Shown here in pieces: positions 29,947 through 38,618 of a stretch of 64,000 nt of DNA. The translations under genes and the position numbers were made by a program. Every line of letters starts with the position of its first letter. Positions within the stretch are counted from its first letter, which is position 1. Source of the stretch: Candidatus Micrarchaeota archaeon (GTDB lineage: Archaea; Micrarchaeota; Micrarchaeia; Anstonellales; Bilamarchaeaceae); contig JACRGD010000010.1 in NCBI GenBank assembly GCA_016212525.1, forward strand, positions 527,860 through 591,859, given 5' to 3'. The notes beneath the pieces were generated by a model. That model searched no databases. It was not told the origin of the DNA and worked only from the letters and a program-made list of their open reading frames with translations.

Positions 29947-32031
29947 TTAGCTTCCGGGCCGGGTAAGAACCTGCTCGGACCAAAGAAGATCTCCACCTTC
30001 ATTTCTTCGAATCGCAATCATTGGAGAGGGAGCCGGAGGAAGCGAGAGCCTAAGAGTTCGCAGGAACGAAACTGAATCTGGGGCAGCCATCGAACGCTCT
30101 GAGCGTCGAACCATGATTCCGTTTTGAGCAAGAGTCTGATCCGGAGGTAGTGTCGAATTTGTAACCCGATCCAAAAGGGCAAGGAGCTGTTGGTAGCTAT
30201 TGATCGGAGTATAGGTTACCATTTGGTAGGGAGTTCCACCAAAGAAAAACGAATATGCATAAACAGTTTGGCTGGGTCGAACCTGGACAACTTCAGTAAT
30301 CGGAACTTGGGAAGTAGACGTTTCGATCCTATTGAAATCGATCGCAATAAGAGGATAATTGTTGGCATCAGTCTGATAAAGACCCCGCCGGATCTGGGCT
30401 GCCAGTATTCCAAGGCCGATATCATTAACCATCCGGCCATCTTCGGCAATTGCTATATATGTTCGTGGGATTAGTGCATTTTCGGATTCTGCTCGTGCCT
30501 CAGCAGCTTCGCGCATGGTCATAGGTCGCCGGGTAGGTGCACGCGGAACACGATTTGTAGAAAGATCATCAAGAGCAGCACTGAGCTGGTTAACGTTAGA
30601 AAGAACATCATAAGATGCAATGGTGTATTGATGACCATTGAACTGGAAGGTGATCATATTCAGACGTCTTGAAGCCCGCTCTGTATCAGCGTCAGCAGGA
30701 ACGTATCCTTGACGTAACCGGGCCAGTTCCGCATCCCATTCATCAGTAGTAGGACTGCGAACGATAGGACCAGTAACAGACGACATGGTAAGTGGAACAT
30801 TTCTTACAATGGTAAGAGTCTGGGGGGGCATTTGATTTGCCAAAGAGGCAGATCGATCTGGAGTAAGCGGCTCACGATTCCATAGCAGCGAAGTCGCAAC
30901 AGAATTAACCAGAGATCCTACGCCCTGAGCGGCGTAATCGATCAAAAACCGCTGTGCGAAGAATCTGAGCTGCTCACGAGTCATAATATTACCATCAGGC
31001 CCCCGAACACCAAAAGAAACATGCTCTTCAGGTTGCTCTGCAGAAGACATCAGAGAAAGGAGCTCATTAATCTGATTAATTGGACGAGAATAGCCAATCT
31101 GATAAGTTTGATCCCGGTATTGGAACGAATAAACATATGCAATCGAATTTCTTCCCAAAGTCAGTGCAGATGCCCACTGATCAAAGGAATCCCGCATGGA
31201 TGCAGTATAATGAGCATCCCGAACAGAAGCTGCAGTAAGAAGTAAATATTCACCTGCGGCAGAATGAACCAGAGGATCGGTTGTCGATCCGGTTCCGGAT
31301 GGACTAATACTTGACGCGGCGCTAGTCATAACAGTATCTACCCTTCTATTGAGTTGGGCCGGAGGAGCATGTTGTCTTTGAAGCTCGGCACGAACCAGAG
31401 ATTCAACACCCACTGCGACTTCATGGGCAAACGCAGGCTCGAAATTACGCTCTCTCACAAGCGCCTGCTCATATGCAGCAAGGCCGGAAACAGTACGAAC
31501 CGGAACACGGGCAATTGAGGATTGACCACCTAAATTAGATAGAACATAATCACGAAGTGACGATGAAACCACACCAAGACGACTCTCCATTGAAACATGT
31601 GAGTCACGTGCATCAGTAACAAATCCTGCCAAAACATCCCTGGGAATACCATGAGGAAAATGAGTTGGGTAAATGTGCTGGTAGTATGATGCCTCTACTC
31701 TAAGAAGTGCGCCTCGCTGCTCTGAAGTACCCCCATCTTGAAAATTGATCATACCAGCAGCACCGAAAAAGCTAGAAACGGTAAATGTTCGAACTTCATC
31801 CCTGGTGGCATTTGGGTGATCACGCTCAAAACCATAAACTGCCCTTAGAGTTTCTTGCCTAAGGGCACCCTCATTACGAATGGGTTCAGACGAATGTTGA
31901 CGAATAAATCGAAGTATGCCATCGATCTCAGTATGAGCCAATTGTTCGATTCGAGTCGTTGATGGAGGACGTTCTCTCATAGCACCGGAAAGTTGAAATA
32001 AAAACATGGGTATCCCAGAAAAATCGCGCAC
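29947..32031 (-). CDS. Large hypothetical protein with no Lys and no Cys and three internal repeats
   Basis: The 694-aa ORF has only short antisense ORFs. The likely true start is ATG 32007, because TTTATAA (complement of 32039-32045) lies only 8 nt from GTG 32031 but 32 nt from ATG 32007. Confidence 0.7.
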   Translation of the reverse strand: MRDFSGIPMFLFQLSGAMRERPPSTTRIEQLAHTEIDGILRFIRQHSSEPIRNEGALRQETLRAVYGFERDHPNATRDEVRTFTVSSFFGAAGMINFQDGGTSEQRGALLRVEASYYQHIYPTHFPHGIPRDVLAGFVTDARDSHVSMESRLGVVSSSLRDYVLSNLGGQSSIARVPVRTVSGLAAYEQALVRERNFEPAFAHEVAVGVESLVRAELQRQHAPPAQLNRRVDTVMTSAASSISPSGTGSTTDPLVHSAAGEYLLLTAASVRDAHYTASMRDSFDQWASALTLGRNSIAYVYSFQYRDQTYQIGYSRPINQINELLSLMSSAEQPEEHVSFGVRGPDGNIMTREQLRFFAQRFLIDYAAQGVGSLVNSVATSLLWNREPLTPDRSASLANQMPPQTLTIVRNVPLTMSSVTGPIVRSPTTDEWDAELARLRQGYVPADADTERASRRLNMITFQFNGHQYTIASYDVLSNVNQLSAALDDLSTNRVPRAPTRRPMTMREAAEARAESENALIPRTYIAIAEDGRMVNDIGLGILAAQIRRGLYQTDANNYPLIAIDFNRIETSTSQVPITEVVQVRPSQTVYAYSFFFGGTPYQMVTYTPINSYQQLLALLDRVTNSTLPPDQTLAQNGIMVRRSERSMAAPDSVSFLRTLRLSLPPAPSPMIAIRRNEGGDLLWSEQVLTRPGS

Positions 32032-32135
32032 CTAAGAATTATAAAGATTGAGCTTCACACAAGATCAAAAAATAACAGTAGAAAACGAGTAAAAAATCGG
32101 ATAACATTTTAATTCATTCGATTTACAAATGTAAT

Positions 32136-33188
32136 ATGCTTGACAAAGAAAGGATAGATGAAATTTTAGCTTCATACAAAAATAAATTCAAAATAGCCAC
32201 TATTTGTTCTCATTCTTCATTGCAGATCTTCAAAGGAGCAAGAGAAGAGGGAATAGAAACAATAGGAATAGTCCAGAGAGGAAAAAGAAAACTCTACGAA
32301 TCTTTTCCATATGGACGACCGGACACATTCATCGAAGTCGAGGATTATAGAGACTTTCCAACAGAAGAATTAGTAAAAGAAAAAGCAATCGTAATACCGC
32401 ATGGTTCGTTTGTCGAATATGTAGGCGAAAAATTCGATGATCTGGAAGTCCCGGTTTATGGAAACCGCAAATCGATAGTCTGGGAAAGAAGCAGGGAAAA
32501 GATGTTTGAGTGGCTAAATAAAGCCCAGATCAAAACTCCGAAAGTTTACAAACCCCAAGAGATCGATGGGCCGGTTATGGTCAAGTTCCCAGGCGCAAAA
32601 GGCGGAAGAGGCTACTTGATAGTTCGCTCATATGAAGAATTCCAAAAAAGAGTAAGCGATGAAGAGAAGAAAAATTGTATGATACAGGAATTCTTAGTCG
32701 GAGTACGTGCTTATCCTCATTATTTCTTTACGCCATTTGGAAAAATCGGATATCCGACCAAAAACGGCAAGATCGAACTTTTAGGTGTAGACCGACGAGT
32801 CGAGAGCAGTGCAGATGAAATTGCACGCGCAGTCTCGGCAGGAATGTCACCAAACATGTCATTTACAGTTATCGGAAACGAACCACTGGTGCTCCGAGAA
32901 TCACTCCTTTCAGAATACATGGAAATCGGAAGACGAATAAGCGACACTTCATTCGAACTATTTGGCGGATTATTTGGACCTTATTGCATTGAAACGATAA
33001 TTACCGAAGACCTTCAGATATATGCATTTGAAATTAGCGCAAGGATTGTCGCCGGAACAAACGTCTACCCGGAAGGATCTCCTTATTCGACATATTTCTA
33101 TGACCAGCCAATGAGCGCAGGCAGAAGAATAGCAAGAGAACTAAAAATGGCAGCAAAATTAAAGAGACTCAAGGAGTTAGTATACTAA
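32136..33188 (+). CDS. purP: 5-formaminoimidazole-4-carboxamide ribonucleotide (FAICAR) synthetase, archaeal ATP-grasp type
   Basis: The N-terminal IATICSHSSLQIFKGAREEG, ATP-grasp-like features and overall length are typical of PurP. Confidence 0.85.
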   Translation: MLDKERIDEILASYKNKFKIATICSHSSLQIFKGAREEGIETIGIVQRGKRKLYESFPYGRPDTFIEVEDYRDFPTEELVKEKAIVIPHGSFVEYVGEKFDDLEVPVYGNRKSIVWERSREKMFEWLNKAQIKTPKVYKPQEIDGPVMVKFPGAKGGRGYLIVRSYEEFQKRVSDEEKKNCMIQEFLVGVRAYPHYFFTPFGKIGYPTKNGKIELLGVDRRVESSADEIARAVSAGMSPNMSFTVIGNEPLVLRESLLSEYMEIGRRISDTSFELFGGLFGPYCIETIITEDLQIYAFEISARIVAGTNVYPEGSPYSTYFYDQPMSAGRRIARELKMAAKLKRLKELVY

Positions 33189-33224
33189 CATAAACAGAAA
33201 ACAAAATATGAACGAGGCACTAAA

Positions 33225-33991
33225 ATGAGTGAAAAAAAGAATGATGAAATAGAGCGTAGAATACCAACTCACATTGCAATCATTCCGGACGGAAAAGTTA
33301 GGACTCTCTAGAAGAGCCTAACATCGTAAACCGGAGATGGGCAGTAGAGCAAGGCATTTCCAGACAAGAAGGCTACCAGATAGGAATACGAAAAATAGGA
33401 GACGTCGTTAAATGGTGCAAGGAACAAGACGTCAAAATGCTTACAATGTGGGGCTTTTCCACAGACAATTTCAAACGGGACCCATCAGAGATCAGGGGCC
33501 TCTTTGAATTATTTAAAAAAAATCTTCAGGAAGGTCTTGCAAAAGTTGATAAGGGCGAAGCCGAAAAAGAAAAAAAGCAAGTGAAGGTGCGATTCTTCGG
33601 ACGCATTCATTTATTGCCAAAAGAAATCCAGCAGATGATAAAAACAGTAGAGGACCAGTCAGGATCAAAAGACGCGAAATACCAGTTGAACCTGCTACTC
33701 TCATATGGAGGCAGGGAAGAGCTGGTCGATGCGATTAATCAGATAATAAAAGAGGGCATAAAAGAAGTAAGCGAGCAGACGATTTCTGAGCATTTGTATA
33801 CCCGAAATCTACCGGATCCGGATTTGATAATTAGGACATCCGGGGAACAAAGACTCTCAGGACTTCTTCCGTATCAGAGCTGCTATAGCGAATTCTATTT
33901 CTCCAAAAAACTCTGGCCTGATTTTTCAAAGGAAGACTTTGTTGATGCGATTTCCGAATATGAACGAAGGAAAAGAAGATACGGAAAATGA
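33225..33991 (+). CDS. uppS: cis-Prenyl (undecaprenyl) diphosphate synthase, UppS family, interrupted by a 35-nt BHB element; predicted spliced CDS is 33225..33294 joined to 33330..33991 (243 aa)
   Basis: Exon 1 reads MSEKKNDEIERRIPTHIAIIPDG. Exon 2 reads NRRWAVEQG...WGFSTDNFKRDP...LLLSYGGREE...IIRTSGEQRLSGLLPYQ...ERRKRRYGK. Joined, they reproduce the UppS signature HxAIIxDGNxRWA. Unspliced frame 1 stops at TAG 33309-33311. Confidence 0.85.
33295..33329 (+). other. Predicted bulge-helix-bulge (BHB) intron within the uppS coding sequence
   Basis: Outer helix: 33283-33288 pairs with 33331-33336. Central 4-bp helix: 33289-33292 pairs with 33324-33327. AAA bulges lie at 33293-33295 and 33328-33330. 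The inner hairpin spans 33297-33322. Cutting after bulge nucleotide 2 on each strand excises exactly 35 nt. Confidence 0.7.
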
Positions 33992-34010
33992 AAAGCCAGG
34001 ACCAACCAAT

Positions 34011-35441
34011 TTAATTCTTTTTGCATTTTGATTCGAGAACGTTAGTTACTAATCGAACGCCAATTCCGCTTGCTCCTTTGTCCAGATACGGATGTGACCA
34101 TTTGACCAGATCCACAGCAGCGATATCCAGGTGCGCCCACTTGCAATCTCCGACAAATTCCTTAAGGAACGCAGCTGCAGTGATAGAACCGGCTTCATCA
34201 AGTTCGGAAATGTTCTTAAGATCGGCAAAGTCGCTCTTCATAAATTCGCCATACTCTGGCCAGAGCGGAAGCCGCCAGACTCGTTCGTGAGTATTTTCTC
34301 CGGCATCAGAGAGAGATTGGGAAAGTGCATCATCATTGGAAAACATCCCGATCGCAAAGCGGCCCAGCGAAACAACAATAGCGCCGGTGAGGGTCGCCAT
34401 ATCGATTATGAATTCGGGTTTGTGCTCCGCAGCATAGGCAAGCGCATCGGCTAAAATTAGGCGACCTTCCGCGTCAGTATTGAGCACTTCAATAGTCTTG
34501 CCATTGTAGGCCTTAACTATATCGCCAGGTCGCTGGGCAACTCCAGAGGGCATGTTTTCAACCATCGGCATAAGACCCAAAAGCCGGACCGGAAGCGCGA
34601 GCTCGGACACTGCCTTAAAGACACCAAGAACATTCATAGCACCTGTTTTATCATATTTCATCTCGTGCATGTTTTTGGAGGGCTTTATGGAAATGCCGCC
34701 TGTGTCAAAAGTTACGCCCTTACCAACTATACAATAGAGAGGCAAATTCTTTTTGTCCGAATTATACTCGAGTTTTAGGAGAACCGGCTCGTTCGCACTG
34801 CCCGCGCAGACACCTAAAATTCCGCCCATACCCATTTTTTCCAGTTCCTTTTCCTCAAAAACAGTTGTCTTAAAACCAAGCTCCTTTGCAAGGCGTTTTG
34901 CCTCTGCGGCAATGGTTAGTGGCGTAGCGATATTGGCCGGTTTTTCGTCAAGGAACCGGGCGTAGTTTTGAGCATTTCCAAGAATAGATCCACGCTGCAC
35001 GAACGCACCAACGTCCTTTGAACAGACAAGGGTCATTTTTGAAACAATGAAAATATCATCGGTTTTGCTCTTGAACTCGGTCGATTTGTAAGATGCAAGA
35101 ACCGCACCTTCGATCGCTGCACTAACACACTCGGATTCGAGCTCAGATGGAAAAACAAGAGAAAACTCACCTTCCTTAAGCGAAGCACAATATCGGGTTG
35201 CGATACCTCCGGCACGACGAATAAATTCGGCTTTGAATTCTTCTTTCTTTCCAAGTCCAACTATCAGATATTTTACTTTACCCAAATCGAAAAACAGAGT
35301 TTGACCAAGCTTGAATTCGAAGCGCTCTTTCTTTACGTCTTTTAAAAGCCCGGAAATTACAGATGGAATTTTTGATTCCAAGAGAAGGGGAAAACAGACT
35401 AGACCAAAAATACCATGCGAAGTAGAAGTGGTGATTTTCAT
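34011..35441 (-). CDS. pepA: Leucyl aminopeptidase (M17 family)
   Basis: NTDAEGRLILADAL signature and VGKGVTFDTGG. Confidence 0.9.
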   Translation of the reverse strand: MKITTSTSHGIFGLVCFPLLLESKIPSVISGLLKDVKKERFEFKLGQTLFFDLGKVKYLIVGLGKKEEFKAEFIRRAGGIATRYCASLKEGEFSLVFPSELESECVSAAIEGAVLASYKSTEFKSKTDDIFIVSKMTLVCSKDVGAFVQRGSILGNAQNYARFLDEKPANIATPLTIAAEAKRLAKELGFKTTVFEEKELEKMGMGGILGVCAGSANEPVLLKLEYNSDKKNLPLYCIVGKGVTFDTGGISIKPSKNMHEMKYDKTGAMNVLGVFKAVSELALPVRLLGLMPMVENMPSGVAQRPGDIVKAYNGKTIEVLNTDAEGRLILADALAYAAEHKPEFIIDMATLTGAIVVSLGRFAIGMFSNDDALSQSLSDAGENTHERVWRLPLWPEYGEFMKSDFADLKNISELDEAGSITAAAFLKEFVGDCKWAHLDIAAVDLVKWSHPYLDKGASGIGVRLVTNVLESKCKKN

Positions 35442-35466
35442 GAATAAATTTTAGCAAACTAAATTT

Positions 35467-36171
35467 TTATCCTTTGCCAATAGAAATCACTTGAGGCTCG
35501 CGATAAAGAAAGGAGCCCAAAGGAGCGAGTAACAGTAACACGGTTGGAGGAAGCGGATCATCAAGAATAAATGAGGGGTGAAGAGGACTGGTATCTAGAC
35601 GGACAAAAGAGTGAGCAGCATCTGGAATAAGAGAGCCATGAACAACCCTAAAGGAAGCAGGAGAAAGAACAGGAACAACCGGTCTTGGACAACCAGGCCG
35701 AATAGTAATTTGAGCACTTCCCGCAGTGGCCTTTTCAAATGCAATTTCGCGATCACGATAAAATTTCTGGATTCGTCTTGCCATCCCAGGAGATAGAATT
35801 GGAAATACCTGGGGTCCATCAGGACCAGAAGAAGACAGAAAACCAGAGAAGGGAAGAATCTCACTAGCACTCATACGCCTGAAAATTTGTGGTCCGTGAA
35901 TATTAAGAAAAACAGCTATATCCAGATCAACAGCACCCAGAGATGGAGTTGAATAGGGGGAAACTACGCACAGAGCAGTAGGAGCGGCATCTTTAGATCT
36001 CTCAACTGCAGGCATCTGACCATCAAAGCGCTTTGATAGAAGTTCAGGGGTACGAACATCCCGTGCTATAGGCGGATCGGGCCAAAAAGTAGTTTGTCTA
36101 TACTCATGCAATCTGGCAATTTGAGGAACTGCCATGGCGATAGACCGATCACTAATTTTCCTAGAAGTCAC
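35467..36171 (-). CDS. Hypothetical protein, Lys-poor and Pro-rich (6 K in 234 aa)
   Basis: Long ORF. TTTATAAAT (36193-36201, palindromic core) lies 22-30 nt upstream of the start. Confidence 0.5.
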   Translation of the reverse strand: MTSRKISDRSIAMAVPQIARLHEYRQTTFWPDPPIARDVRTPELLSKRFDGQMPAVERSKDAAPTALCVVSPYSTPSLGAVDLDIAVFLNIHGPQIFRRMSASEILPFSGFLSSSGPDGPQVFPILSPGMARRIQKFYRDREIAFEKATAGSAQITIRPGCPRPVVPVLSPASFRVVHGSLIPDAAHSFVRLDTSPLHPSFILDDPLPPTVLLLLAPLGSFLYREPQVISIGKG

Positions 36172-36192
36172 AACAGTTGATTAATTAAAACC

Positions 36193-36201
36193 ATTTATAA
36201 A
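36193..36201. promoter_or_regulatory. Archaeal TATA box TTTATAAAT upstream of the minus-strand gene starting at 36171
   Basis: Read directly. The core TTTATAAA is palindromic, so it can serve either strand. Confidence 0.55.
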
Positions 36202-36218
36202 TACTAAAGATAACACAA

Positions 36219-37946
36219 TTATTTGCCCCGCTGCAATTCGAACATTGAAACTACTTCATCAGAAGTAGTGATTTCCGAAAGTCCCTTATCTTCCCGAAGC
36301 TTAACAACTCTTGGGAAACGAAGGGCAAGACCCTTCCCACCCTTGGAATTACAGGTGTGATTTGGCGATTGTGTAAGTTCATCGAACGCCACCTCAACTA
36401 CGTATTTTGGCTCGACCCAGAAATCGACAGCTATTTTACAATCGAGATTTGCTGGCGGTTTGGGAGTTTTAATTCTTGAAAGTAATTCCTGCATCTGCTT
36501 CATCTCGGATTCGGAAAAACCACTGGCCACTTTGGCAACTGTTTCGAGTTTGCCACTTTGTGGATTGTAGACACAAACCAAAACACCGCCGAATTCAAAC
36601 TCTGCCCGCTGGCCAAGCCCAAGGTAATATCCGACAATGACGCCATCGATCGTATCGACGGATTTACCATAAGATTTTTTGAGTTTTATCCAGGCAAACT
36701 TTCGCTTGCCTGCCGCATAGGGCGCGGCGAGATCTTTTGCAATTATGCCCTCTAAACCAGCTGAAAGAGAAGCATCAAAAACAGCCTCAAGCGCTGTGGC
36801 GGTTTTGAGTTTTTTAGCCTCGCTTGGCATCAACAGTTTACCTTTTAAGAAGAGTTTTTCGATAGTCTTTCTGCGATCCGCATAAGGAGCATCCGTCATA
36901 TCCTTTCCATCCAAATAGAGAATATCAAAAACAAAAACCCGCAGAGGGTAATCCTTGGATGCGGCTTCGATTCCGTGTTTTCTTCGCCGATGCATTGTTT
37001 GCTGGAAAGGCAGGTATCGTTTTTTTGAAACATCATATGCAAGTGCCTCGCCTTCGAAAATAATTTCTTTTTGAGGGAGATTTCTTATCGCCTCGACAAC
37101 TTCTGGAAGCATAGGCGTCATACGCTCGAGTTTGCGTGAATACATCTCGACCCGATCGCCACTCTTATGACATTGCATCCTAAAGCCATCGTATTTATTT
37201 TCTACAATGCACTCGCCAAGCTTTTCGATTATTTCCTTCGGAGTATTAAGCCTCTCGGCCAAAGCAGGCATCAGAGGTTTGAAGGGCGAAACATGAAAAG
37301 AAGCAATGGAAGAGGGAGAAGTAAAGAACGATTTTGCAATTAAGCCCAGATCAGAGCAGACATTATATGCACGCTCAAGCTGTTCACGCATAGATTTATT
37401 GCCGGCATGAGACACAGAAATGGCATCTAGAATAGTTGGATCTCCAACACCCAAACGCAGACTTCCATTGACAAACCGGATTATATATCGGGCCTCTAGA
37501 GGATCCGAGTTATTTAGCAGCTCAACTAAAAGTTTGATTTTTAACTCCTGACTGCCAGAACCAGAAGCTTTTGAGATCTTTTGGAATGTTTCGAAAACAT
37601 ATTCGAGGGACAGATCATTTGATAAGAGGGAAAGTTGTTTTTTCTTTTTTGAAAATTCAGTTGCCGTGTCGCCAAGATCACCAGATTTCTTAAAATGCTT
37701 CTCAACCTCGAATGAGGGATAACCGGTTGCGGAAGCTATCGCTGCAAGTGCAAATCGTTCTCCCATTCCAAGATCAATACCCTCATATGGAGGTGCAATA
37801 ATTCCCTGAATCAGGTAGCAAAGATACGCCGCTTCCTTGGGCGTGCATTTTTTGAACAGCTCGGCGAGAAGATCGGTCATTTCCAGCCTGCCCGATTTGG
37901 ATTCGATTACGTCAAAGGCTGCACAAACATCCCGAAATAGAAGCAT
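36219..37946 (-). CDS. lig: ATP-dependent DNA ligase
   Basis: Adenylation motif I ENKYDGFR, EGIIAK and the OB-fold C-terminus. The length (575 aa) is typical of archaeal Lig. Confidence 0.9.
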   Translation of the reverse strand: MLLFRDVCAAFDVIESKSGRLEMTDLLAELFKKCTPKEAAYLCYLIQGIIAPPYEGIDLGMGERFALAAIASATGYPSFEVEKHFKKSGDLGDTATEFSKKKKQLSLLSNDLSLEYVFETFQKISKASGSGSQELKIKLLVELLNNSDPLEARYIIRFVNGSLRLGVGDPTILDAISVSHAGNKSMREQLERAYNVCSDLGLIAKSFFTSPSSIASFHVSPFKPLMPALAERLNTPKEIIEKLGECIVENKYDGFRMQCHKSGDRVEMYSRKLERMTPMLPEVVEAIRNLPQKEIIFEGEALAYDVSKKRYLPFQQTMHRRRKHGIEAASKDYPLRVFVFDILYLDGKDMTDAPYADRRKTIEKLFLKGKLLMPSEAKKLKTATALEAVFDASLSAGLEGIIAKDLAAPYAAGKRKFAWIKLKKSYGKSVDTIDGVIVGYYLGLGQRAEFEFGGVLVCVYNPQSGKLETVAKVASGFSESEMKQMQELLSRIKTPKPPANLDCKIAVDFWVEPKYVVEVAFDELTQSPNHTCNSKGGKGLALRFPRVVKLREDKGLSEITTSDEVVSMFELQRGK

Positions 37947-38002
37947 AAGATCGATTCAACGGGGAAATATTTAACCACATCAGAATAGAAAACAGAAAAC
38001 AA

Positions 38003-38581
38003 CTATCTGGAATTCTTATTCAGGCGAGAATTTGGCGAGAACAGAATCATCAACAACGTCACGACACACACGCTCACCATATAGACGGGATAGATCGAAA
38101 GCTCAAGCGTCCAGCTTGGAATCGCCAACAGATTCACCGAATTGCCTAAAAGAAACAGAATCCAGGTGATCGTATCTTCGTGTTTTGGATCGAGATAGGC
38201 CTTCTTGAAAGTCGGAAGAGCTCCGAACAAATCAATCAGGATTCCAATTAGCAGCGCATAGATTGCTGAACCGGAAAAGAACCAACAGAGAAGTGCCATT
38301 GCTGCACCGATTAGGCAGAACTTATCAAAATTAGTCCATCCACCCTCTCCAGACCTAAGTGAAATAAAAAAGATGGCTACGAAACCGAGCTGATTTACGA
38401 TCAGAAGCGGCAACGTTTCGCGGGCACCGGTGGCATAGGAACTTACCAAAAGAACAAATCCCAAAACAAGCCAGATAAACCAGGTGGCACGATTGGGTCT
38501 GGTTCCAGATTTGAAAGTAGCGTAGATATAGCGTACAAATGCAAGAAGATAGATAAGTGCAGATAGAATAGAGAAGAACAT
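38003..38581 (-). CDS. Polytopic membrane protein (about 6 TM), unknown function
   Basis: Hydrophobic segments occur throughout. Confidence 0.6.
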   Translation of the reverse strand: MFFSILSALIYLLAFVRYIYATFKSGTRPNRATWFIWLVLGFVLLVSSYATGARETLPLLIVNQLGFVAIFFISLRSGEGGWTNFDKFCLIGAAMALLCWFFSGSAIYALLIGILIDLFGALPTFKKAYLDPKHEDTITWILFLLGNSVNLLAIPSWTLELSIYPVYMVSVCVVTLLMILFSPNSRLNKNSR

Positions 38582-38618
38582 TGGAGATTAGTTAATTAGT
38601 AAAAAATAAAGAGTGATG

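Noticed and set aside
33225-33991. uppS as a simple frameshifted pseudogene
   Set aside because: Both halves are otherwise intact and conserved. The disruption is a single 35-nt block placed exactly inside the DG|NRRWA motif. It also forms a complete BHB whose canonical cut sites restore the frame. A random insertion would be unlikely to do all of this. The pseudogene alternative is kept as the refutation case in the finding.
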